Positions 53,590 to 64,000 of a DNA stretch of 64,000 nt are shown piece by piece. Under the pieces are notes generated by a model. That model had not been told where the DNA came from. It made no database searches and saw only the letters and a program-made list of their open reading frames with translations. Made by a program: the position numbers and the translations under genes. Each line of letters starts with the position of its first letter. The stretch's first letter is position 1. This DNA is from Octopus sinensis (lineage: Eukaryota), in the NCBI RefSeq assembly GCF_006345805.1, contig NC_043004.1, positions 35,464,001 through 35,528,000 on the forward strand. Reading direction: 5' to 3'.

Positions 53590-53880
53590 GTGAATTGCAG
53601 TTGCTGTGAAAAAGAAAAAGGGCAGATTAGGTTAGGATTCACTGTAAAGCCACTAAGAGTTACCGTATGGCCCAAGCAGACCCTTACTAAAGAATAAGTT
53701 TCTTCTCACATGCATATGATGCATATGTCCTCATCACTGACTTCAGTGTAGGTCCTAGTGAAGTCCAGTACCTTTTGATGTAGTGAATTTCTACCTCTTA
53801 ATGGGTAGAAATTCACTACATCAAATTGGGTAAACCCTACTGCTTTGGATTTTAAACCATGTAATGACCGTGTTGGTGTT
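53590..53880 (-). mobile_element. Penelope-like element RT fragment
   Basis: GFTQFDVVNFYP...KVLDFTRTYTEVSDEDICII matches the PLE RT F.FD+.+FYPS+..LL.KAL.FA..Y..+S..D+.II region. Confidence 0.7.
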
Positions 53881-54077
53881 GCACCATAGGGCACGGTTGA
53901 GGTGGGGAGGACGTGTGTGCATAGTTGCATATACATGCATATATTATGTAGTTTATATTTGGTACATATATGTTCATGTGGAGCCCAACTCTTTCCCAGT
54001 ATATATATATATTATATATATATATATCTTCTTTGTATGTATATATATATATATATTTGTATATATTCATAAATATA

Positions 54078-54114
<37 letters not shown>

Positions 54115-54154
54115 ATATATTCATAAATATATATATGTGTATATATATATATAT

Positions 54155-54540
54155 ATAAATGAAAGAATGGAGTCGAACAACGATTTAACAAAATTCCTTT
54201 ATTCTCGACATATGTTTCGAAGACTGCATATTCCCAATTCCGTAGGAATAAAGGGTGCATTATGTCGCCTTCTCATCAGGAAAAAACAAGGAACTTATGT
54301 CAGCATCATGACGAACAAAAACTTTTAGATGACTGCCCACACGGAGTCCATAGTGTGGGCAGTCATCTAAAAGTTTTTGTTCGTCATGATGCTGACATAA
54401 GTTCCTTGTTTTTTCCTGATGAGAAGGCGGCATAATGCACCCTTTATTCCTACGGAATTGGGAATATGCAGTCTTCGAAACATATGTCGAGAATAAAGGA
54501 ATTTTATTAAATCGTTGTTCGACTCCATTCTTTCATTTAT
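54155..54540. mobile_element. Palindromic PLE pseudo-LTR-like pair (2x188 bp arms, 10-nt spacer) inside (TA)n
   Basis: Arms 54155-54342 and 54353-54540 differ at only 2 positions by my reading; spacer ggagtccata. Confidence 0.9.
54402..54501 (+). ncRNA. Minimal type I hammerhead ribozyme, intact core (mirror copy on the minus strand at ~54194-54293)
   Basis: Stem I ttccttgttttttc / gagaataaaggaa; CTGATGA 54416-22; stem II gaaggc / gtcttc with a ~42-nt structured insert; GAAAC-ATAT-GTC (palindromic ACATATGT stem III); predicted cleavage after 54488. Confidence 0.8.
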
Positions 54541-54641
54541 ATATATATATATATTTATGTATATATATATATACACATATACATACATATATCCTTATCA
54601 TCGTTTAACGTCTGTTTTCCATGCCAGCATGGGTTGGACGG

Positions 54642-54677
<36 letters not shown>

Positions 54678-55349
54678 TATATATAGGCCTCTTCCCCATT
54701 ATCTACCTACCAAGTTCCCATTTTCTACTTCTTGTTTATTCATCACACCACTCCACTTTACTGAGCCATGCCTTCAGTTAAACAACATAAAACTGTAGAT
54801 CTGTCCATACTCGATCCCCACCATCCACACTCACCTACTCCTCTCTCTCTCTCTCCCTTCCATCATGAGGCCTGAGTGAAGAGAAATTACAGTGGATCTG
54901 TTGGTAGCTGACACATCATACCCTTTACTCTTTTGTAGAAGTAAACCTTCTCTCCATCTCCCTCAGGTCGTTTCCCCTCTCTCCCCCCTCTCTCATCAGC
55001 AATCTTTACCCTCCTCCACATCTGGCCACCACTCCATCTTTCAAAAGTTATTCGTAATTGATATCCATCATACTCTCTTACCTCCAACCTTCCAACCATT
55101 TCTAGAACTGTCCATCACCCTCTCTCTTTCTCTCACTACCAAGCATAAAGCTTCCATTAGTCTCTCTCTCTCAAAATCCTTTTTGCATCAGACAATTTGC
55201 CTGGCAGCATTTCTTCCAGTTCTTTACTTTCTCAGTTTGAGTTTCAACTTTTTACATTCTGAACTGAAAAGAAGATAACTTTGCTGTTCTATCATATGGA
55301 AACAATAAAATAAATACCAGTCAGGCATTGAAGTCAGTGTAATCAACAA

Positions 55350-55385
<36 letters not shown>

Positions 55386-55426
55386 GCACTCACTAAAATA
55401 GCTGGCCTTGTACCAAAGTTTGGAAC

Positions 55427-55460
<34 letters not shown>

Positions 55461-55469
55461 TGGTGAAAA

Positions 55470-55620
55470 CTCTGAGCTTATTTGCTGGGTATGATGGAAA
55501 GTGTCAGCTGTCCTCAGCCAGCAGACTAAGGCGACACTTGTGTCTCATCTTTGCCATACAGTTTCAAGTCATCCATGAAGAGGAGGTGGTTGATTGTTTG
55601 GGATTTTCTCTTTAGTTGGT
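55470..55620 (-). mobile_element. R4/Dong-type RT fragment
   Basis: QTINHLLFMDDLKLYGKDE (RT catalytic motif); flanked by (TTA)n. Confidence 0.8.
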
Positions 55621-55659
55621 ATTCCTATAATTATTGTTATTATTATTATTTTATTGCCT

Positions 55660-56290
55660 TTGCACAGCCTCTAATGCTGGAAGGGTAATCCAGTGTCAGC
55701 AGTTCACTACCAGTGAACTAAGGTAACACTTCTTATTTTTCGAGCACTTTCCAGAGTATTCGAGCGGTTCCAAGCAGTGCTGTTTTCTGCAAGTGCTCCA
55801 CCCTTATTGCAGCTCATATTTGTTCCATTTACATCTCAAGATTTTTACTCACTGTTCCCAGGGCTCAAGCAATTATTGGCACTACTACCACATTTTTCAG
55901 CAACCACAACTTCTTAACCTCCCAAGCTATCGGCTTTTCTTTCTTCCTTATCGTATACGTTGCTGTCAGCTGGGAATGCTATACCTATGATCCAGTATCG
56001 TTTGCTTTCTTGCTCAATTAACATTATGTCTGGTTTCCTATTCTCTATCTCATGGTCACACTGAATCATAAAATCCCATAGGATTTTTGCATTATCATTT
56101 TCGATGATGCCTTTGGGTTTATGTTCAAACCACTTTTTGCTCTGTCAAGTCCATACTTGTTGCAAAGTGTCCAATGGACAATCCTTGCTAAGCTGTCATG
56201 ACGTCTCTTATATTCTTACTGGGCTAGTGGCGTACATTGACTGGTAATATGCTATACAGATTCACCATTTTGGCCACAAATTCTGCACTT
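55660..56290 (-). mobile_element. R4/Dong-type 3' end: CCHC finger, restriction-like endonuclease, 3' UTR
   Basis: KCRICGQNGESV.HITSQC..LAQ.EYKRRHD; KILWDFMIQCDHEIENRKPDIMLI (PD..D motif); QKTALLGTARIL; (TAA)n at both ends. Confidence 0.88.
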
Positions 56291-56299
56291 TAGTTATTA

Positions 56300-56332
<33 letters not shown>

Positions 56333-57142
56333 TATTATTATTATTATTATTATCATTATTATTATCATCATCTATGACTTTCAAAGTGTAAAGACATACA
56401 TTTCTTTATTTAAGAAACAACCTATTCAAGTATTACCAAATGAAATTTTCTTTGTTGTGCTTGTTAAAAAGTGCTCTAATTATGTAAGGAAAGTTTGCTC
56501 TCCATACTTGTCAGCAGAAAACAAAAGAGCAAACGTTTTTGCTTTGAAATTTTAATTATTCAAGCTCATTGCTTGAGGGATGAAGTCTAAGATTTGAAAG
56601 AATATTTCTACAATTTCCCACAGCATTAGCAATGTAGTTGAACTGAAATGTTCATTAATACTAATATTGGTTTCAAATTTTGCCACAAGGCCAGCACGTT
56701 TGAGGGGAGGAGGATGAATCAATTACATCAACCCCAGTGCTCATTTGGTTCTTATTTTATTGAACCCAAAAGGACGAAAGGATGAAGTCGACCTTGGTGG
56801 AATCTGAACCCAAAATGTAAAGACAGCCACTATACCAATATAGATATTCATATATTTTCTAGTAAATAAACAAATTATATAAGCATTACACATTATGTTA
56901 CTTATTTACAGCTAGAAAAACAAAGCTAGTAAACACTAACTGTGCTAAGGATAGAACTGTAATCTCATTATAACCCCCTGGTTCAGTCAGCTGGTGCTAT
57001 CACAATGTACCATTATCTGATTTCCATGTAAACCATTCTGTTTTCATATTGTTTTTAATTGAATACTCAGCTTATTCTTGGTAATTTCTCATTTATTCTC
57101 TCCACAAGAAAAAACTTCCTGCATGATATATTCAGATTAGGA

Positions 57143-57538
57143 TTAGCATTTTGTAATGTTATCTTCAGTGTTTTCTCCAAGAAGGTAAGAATTTATACCA
57201 AACACATACAAGAGACTCAAGAAATCCTCTCTTGTCTTCAGTACAGTCCTTGTAACCCATAGAAAGTTGGGTGTCACCATTTTGTGTGATCTAGCATTTA
57301 TGCCATAAATAAAACTGGTCCAGATAGCTTCCCAGTAAAATGATAGAACTGTCATAGCAGCAATTTGTGGAGTAGCTGTAACAATAGTTAGCTTGATTTG
57401 CTGGTAACAATTCTGTGCAAGAGAGGATAATTGATAATCATGCCAGAGAACTTCATGGACAGCAGTGCTGCAACATTTCTTAACCATTTTAGTTTGGTCA
57501 ATATCCTTTAGTTCAATTAATGAGAGATTTGTAAAAAC
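57143..57538 (-). other. Unassigned candidate exon / 131-codon open frame
   Basis: An AG acceptor (57540-39) opens VFTNLSLIELKDIDQTKMVKKCCSTAVHEVLWHDY...; no homology recognised. Confidence 0.25.
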
Positions 57539-60500
57539 CTAAATTATATTCAGTTTTCCTTAATTTGATATTGTTGGAGATAAGCAACATTATTTTGCCA
57601 TTGATAATATTCCCTGACAGAGGAAACACCAAAGTATGATCATCTAAGACATTGATAAATATCGTAATAGCATTCATATCAAAGAAAGAGCATTAATACT
57701 TCATGTTAAATAGTTTAATATTCAAATAAATAGATGAATAATAGGAACAAATATAAAAACAATAATGGATTCTGGTATCAGTTATGCAAATCCTAGTAAT
57801 GTGGTCTTTCTGTTTATAGTATATGTGTAGGTTCACCTGGGGGTATATGTAGATATAAATATGTTGGTAGTTATATACATACATTTATGCACTTGTTAAT
57901 GTAGTCATGTGTGTGTGTGTGTGTCTGTATATATATATATACACATGCACACACATTTGTGTGGGTATGTAGGTATGAATATGTTGGGAGTCATGCGTGT
58001 GTGTGTTAGTCATGTGTGTGTGTGTATTTATATATACACACATTTGGAAAATTATACATGCATTGGCTATGTAACAACAAATGTGTTAGATGTGTGTGTA
58101 GAAAAGAGAAAAAATTTATATAGAAAGAAATTTTATGGGAAAAAAGTGTAAGAAAGAGAAAGAGGAAAAGAGAGAAGAGATAAAGAAAGAAATAAAAGAG
58201 AAAAGGAGGAAAATAAAAACTGAAAATTGGCAAAGTTAGTAAGAGGCAAAAAAAAAAAGAAAAAAGATTACATTATTATCAATTGTTCATCCTTTGTAAG
58301 GATTTTGATCTTATCTGCAATCAAATCAATATGGCTTTGAACAAATTTTGACAGTAAATTCCCCTACCACAATAAATTATTTTTGTTAATTCAGTTCATA
58401 AAATGCACTATTTATCATTTTTATTCATAAATGACTGGATTTTATTTTCTTGGTTATTAGAGAAAGCTTCAATAATTTTAGAAAGAAAAAAAGAAAAATC
58501 TATCAACAAATATGATTGGCATTAGATGACAATAATTTCTGCTACTCAAGAAAACAATATTCCTTGTAAGATGATAACATAAACTCTATTTTCGGAATAT
58601 TAGTTAATTTCAAGGCCAATTCAATACTCTTAATGTTTTATCTCTTTAGATATCTGCTAAATGGAATGAGTAGCATACTGATCTTGGAGGACGATTTATC
58701 ACCTGATAAAAAATAACATTAGCTTTTTGTTGCTGCTTTTTATAGGTTTATTATTATTTTTAATATTTCGAAAGTATTTTAAATAACGAGATTGCTAAAA
58801 GACTGGTGCTAGCCAATGTTGGCAGGATTCTCTTTAATAAAAATCATATTTGGAAGTATTTGTGAAATGGAATTATCATCTCCTGAAGTTCTCTGCCTGA
58901 AACAACCATACCATATTCCTACCATTCACAGTACCAATATATGACACAAAGCAAGAAAGGGATCTGAATGAATGGTTGCTAAATCTGCTAAAAACAACAA
59001 CCAAATCTTTCTAAAATAACAGTTTTTATATAGAAAAATGGAAGAATATATTGGATTTTGTTGAGGAAAGATTTTCTATAAAGAATATGGACTGGTCGGG
59101 TATAGAATATCTTTGATTTGAGCTGTCCAGAGGTGATCAATAAGAACAACATGTACGCCTCAAATGATTTCTTTTTAAATATAGATATTATATAGATAGT
59201 ACTTGACACTGAAATCTGTCCTGTATTTCTATCTATTAGTAGACTGAGGAGATCAATATGTGAAATGATATTTAGTATTAATAAAATATTGATTTTTAAC
59301 ATCTGCCCAATAGCCCAAATTTTGAAGGAAGGAAAAGTCAACTAAATCACTTCAATGATTACTTGAATGATTCTTTATTTTATCAACACCAGAAGGAAAA
59401 AGGCAAAGATGAGCTCAGTTGGATTTGAACACGTACTTAAAACTTATATTTCATAGAAATCACAGTAATACTGTTAAAACTTGTAGCAAGTCATGTAACA
59501 TGAATATATTTTGGGCATAATAATATCATAAGATTAAATATATTGCTATATACTGAGCTGTTTTATAATCATTTTGGTAGTCTAAGAAAGACAGGTTTGG
59601 CTTATGATTCTCTTATCTAAATTGTTGCAGGAAGATAGAACATAGAGAAAGGCAGGAAAGGAATTTTAAGGTGAAGAATTCAACAAAGTTTTCAGTAGGA
59701 TATGAACTAGATTTGGAAAAATATACTATTTAAGTTAATTTTGGTTCCTTTCATGTGCTTATGATGAGGTAAAGTAAACCTCAGCAAATATGAAATATTA
59801 GAATCCACTCAGCCATAAAGAATTTCATGGATTATTAAAGAAGGGAATGCAGCAAAGTAATGAAGCAGTAAACCTTCTCAAATAAAATTTATACAAACTG
59901 GAATTATTGGGCAAGAGAGTTAGCAACTCAAATCCAACCAATCCGAAAAAGGAATTTGGTAGACACCGGAAGAATATTACTTTTGAAATAATTTTCTAAG
60001 GAGAAAGCATTCATTGCAAATTAATTAGTTATTTCAGACTTTATATACTAGTAATCAATATGCAAATTATTGTGAAAGAATTTAGGTGTCCAAAGAATTT
60101 ATCATAACTCTGCCAATTTATAAATGTCTTTAAGACTTGAAAATGGTTAAAAGATGGAATCTAACACCCAAAGAAGCTACTGTTCAGCACAGCAGATTAT
60201 CTATGTCATTGGTTATTCTATACAATAAAGCATTCAAATCGCATTGAAAAATTATTTTCAGGTCAGTTGCAGCCAAACACCAGATTTTTATGCTTGTGGA
60301 TGTTGTTTGTGTGAATGATTTTTCCATATCTGATAAACACATTATAATTAGTCTGTTCCAACCTATCAGATTGTGGCTACACAATAACAACACCTGCAGC
60401 TTACCCACTGAAGAAAATATGATGATTTCTCATAATTCACAGCTAAAAGATCCTTATCTTGTACATACTAAGTCAAATTATAATTAGTAAAATCTCCTGC

Positions 60501-61050
60501 AAACATCTAAACCACAAGAAAATTCTTGAACAGAAAATTAGATGCTTTTTCCTGAAACAGAAAATAATTCCATACTGAGCAATTACCAGTTACCATTCCT
60601 TTAGTACAGTTCCAAATGATTTTCCTATTGTGTTTAAAATATAATGCATATGTGTACATAAACTATTCAATGGGAAAAACAGCCAATGTTTAACTATTTT
60701 AATGAAATCAATCAATACTAAAAATATATTCTGATATCTTAGAAATCTTATATTAATAATGAGCAAAATTTGCACTTTGAGTTATTTCTGTAGCGTTCTT
60801 TGTGATACTTCGATTCAATAACATTCTTCTGGTGCACTGGCATTTTTAACAAATTAAAATAGCAAAACCAGACTTTTAAGTTTTAAAAGCTAATCAAATC
60901 AACTGACTTATTTGAATAGCAGAAACAGGGATCAAATATGGAAAGGGTAAAGAAGGTATTAAAATTAGATCAAATATTAGTAATTACTCAAAGAAATATA
61001 AGTAAACCTAGAATTTATAAATAAATTTATCTTATTTAATCTTACATGAA

Positions 61051-61302
61051 CATCATCATCATCGTTTAACGTCCGTTTTCCATGCTAGCATGGGTTGGAC
61101 GGTTCGACCGGGGTCTGAGAAGCCAGAATGCTGCACCAGGCTCCAGTCTCATCTGGCAGTGTTTCTAAGGCTGGATGCCCTTCCTAACGCCAACCACTCC
61201 GAGATTGTAGTGGGTGCTTTTTACGTGCCACTGGCACAGGTGTCAGGGGAGGCTGTCAACAGCCACAATCGGTTGGTGCTTTTTACGTACCACAGGCACG
61301 AA
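61051..61302 (-). mobile_element. Family A RTE-tail SINE
   Basis: Reverse complement of 29645-29928. Confidence 0.8.
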
Positions 61303-61594
61303 ACCATTTAAAAGTGTTTAACATCAAATAATAAATATTATGTGAATGCATGTGGTCTAGAAGTTGGGATGTGGCATTCATGATAGCAAGATCAGGGTTT
61401 TATTTCTGAACCAGGCAGAGCAATGAGTTCTTGAGCAAAAACACTTCATTTAGCATTGCTCCAATCCACTCAGCCGACTTCTATACCTGGATCCCCTTTC
61501 TATCAGAAAACTACTTTCCAGAGTCTATTCAATATAGTTGTCATGGCACCAGTAATAGAGAAACTAAACTCTTGTGTATGGCATTAGACGTGGA

Positions 61595-61815
61595 AGGCAG
61601 TGAGCTGGCAGAAATGTTAGCACGCCGGGCGAAATCCTTAGCAGTATTTCGTCTGGCGTTATGTTCCGCCGAGGTCGACTTTGCTTTCATCCTTTTGGGG
61701 TCGATAAATTAAGTACCAGCTATGCACTGGAGTCGATGTAATCGACTTAATACCTTTGTCTGTCCTTGTTTGTCCCCTCTATGTTTAGCCCCTTCTGGGT
61801 ATTAAAGAAATAGGT
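61595..61815 (+). mobile_element. Family C SINE with 12-bp TSD
   Basis: attagacgtgga at 61583-61594 and 61816-61827. Confidence 0.9.
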
Positions 61816-62867
61816 ATTAGACGTGGATAAATGATAAAGCTGAATAACAGAGGTTAATAAGAAGTGGTCTGGAGGGATTGATAACTGGAATCATTTCCAT
61901 ACCTAATCATTAAATTTTGTAATAGGGGTTCTGAATGAGAGGGGAAGATGCCAGACAACCACCAAAAATGGCCAGGCATAAGTTTTCCGCCACCTCACTT
62001 AAACCAATCAAGATACAGTATTTTAAAACAGAAAAATGTCTATAATGAAAATTTATTACGTAATGTTCATTTCAAGAAGTTACTGTACATTATTAATATT
62101 TCACTTTGTAATAAGTGCAAATTTGTTAGGAGGCTTCCAGGAAAGTGAAATGATCCACGTGCTTGGTTGGTGAACAAAATATTGGTGATGAGAGGAGAAG
62201 AGATGTGTAAGTCAGGAGTGTTTCAGTGGCCATAATATAAAGGCATCCAATTCAACAGAAAAGTGACCACAGTAGTAGATATATATATACATATATATAT
62301 ATAGATAGATAGATAGATAGATATAGATATAGATGTAGATATAGATACATAAAGAGAGAGCACGAGAGAAGACAGTGAGTTTGTGGCGTATGTGCTGGAG
62401 TGTGTTGCTAAGTAACTTCCTGTCAGTCAGATGTTCTTCCATTGAATTGGTCAAAGATAAGAGTACGTGTTGTAGCAGCACTGCCCCTAATGAGGGAGCT
62501 GTATTCTGTTTTGGATCACACCAGAGTTCTGTAGGCACTTCATAGTTATTAGAGATTTAAATATTTCTTGGCTCTGTGGGCAAAAAGCATTCTTTGTGGT
62601 GAAACATTTTTGCTATTTTGAGGAAGTGTGCTTGCTTAAGAGAGGTCTTCAGAGATGGTAGCACCTGATATTTGTAGTGATCTTTAGGGCTCAAGTTGCA
62701 TGTTTCCATGTTTGCTTGATATGTGCAGTGATTTTGTCTTTGTGCTTTTGAAGGAAACATGTTTGTCTTGAACCCAAACATTGCTGGTTTGATGTAAGGT
62801 CTCTAGATTGCATGTAGGTGATGCATGGGATCAGAGGTTTATGGAAGAATGAAGGGTGATATCATCT

Positions 62868-63100
62868 TATTTTTTTACTGCCAACAAGGGGCTACACACA
62901 GAAGGGAGACAAGGACAGACAAACGGATTAGGTTGATTATATCGACACCAGTGCACAACTGGTACTTATTTAATCGACCCCGAAAGGATGAAAAGCAAAG
63001 TCGACCTTGGCAGAATTTGAACTCAGAACGTAGCAGCAGACAAAATACCGCTAAGCATTTCACCTGGTGTGCTAACGTTTCTGCCCACTTGCCGCCTTAT
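62868..63100 (-). mobile_element. Family C SINE with 14-bp TSD
   Basis: gggtgatatcatct at 62854-62867 and 63101-63114. Confidence 0.9.
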
Positions 63101-64000
63101 GGGTGATATCATCTGGGAAGGAATGGGCATTCTTGATAAGTTATTTTAATTATGTTACTTTGTAAATTAAAATCAAATAATTTTTAATATTCAAATTTTA
63201 TTCTTAGCTGCAATATTTTAAGTAAAAATTTTCTTGTTCTGTACTTTACCAGATGTAATAACTTGTCCTGAACTTTTCCAAGTGTAATAACTTGTGCTGT
63301 AATTTTCCAGATTTATAATCTTAAGAACATTCTTTCTCTTGCTCGCATATTTCCATGTAATCCATGATTTTTTTCCCAGGCAATGATAATTATGCTAATT
63401 AATAATGTGTCAAATGTGTCAATTAGTGGTGTCATTGATAAGTATTTTCATACCTCAATGACACCAGTGACATATATTAAAATTCCCTTTATAGAACAAT
63501 ATTCATAAAAAAGTATAGAACTATATCATCACCCTCAACTTTGAGAAACAAACACTCATAACTTTTTTTTTAAAACTTCATTGCATGTGACTGATACCAT
63601 GAAATTCCTTGAATTGAGCTCTATCATTTAAGCTTAATTAAAATATAGTTTGTTTTTAAAATAAAAAAGATTAAACTTAAATCCAATTTTTTTGCCTCAT
63701 ATTTTTTCATGAAATTTTACCTCACAACTTTTTTGATACAAATTTTTATTGCATGGGATCAAAACTATGAAATTATTCATGCTTTCTTCTATCATTGAAT
63801 CTAAAATAAATATATTTTGCTTTTAAAATAAAAAAGTTATTTAGATCTAAACCTGATTGGTGGCGTTACTTACTCTCCTATAATTTTTATGTTAACTTTT
63901 TTCAACTGGACCAAATCTCAATTATTTTTTATGCCAAAATGTAGCTAGGGACCAGTCCTCTTCAAAAATGTTAACAGTTTTCAAATTAGTTAAGAACTGA

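Overview
AT-rich, repeat-dense eukaryotic DNA. The SINE families and the (TA)n/(CA)n/(GAT)n/(TAA)n microsatellites look like an Octopus (coleoid cephalopod) genome; this is an inference. I cannot confidently identify any host protein-coding gene, and most ORF-track entries are microsatellite or SINE read-throughs. Well-supported content: (1) roughly 25 SINE-like copies from at least 4 families, several with target-site duplications; (2) decayed LINE fragments (CR1/L2-type, R4/Dong-type with a restriction-like endonuclease, RTE-type); (3) an internally deleted Tc1/mariner element with TIRs and TA TSD; (4) TTAA-flanked piggyBac-type MITEs; (5) a Penelope-like (PLE) RT fragment. The most interesting signal is a set of hammerhead-ribozyme (HHR) motifs in several unrelated short elements, mostly sitting in microsatellites and often arranged as palindromes. 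These include a near-perfect 2x188 bp palindrome with two intact-core HHRs (54155-54540), a near-canonical type I HHR (47340-47421) and a tRNA-headed element with an HHR-like body (7380-7873). A few splice-bounded open frames, some interrupted only by TGA, are reported at low confidence. Coordinates of decayed repeats are approximate.
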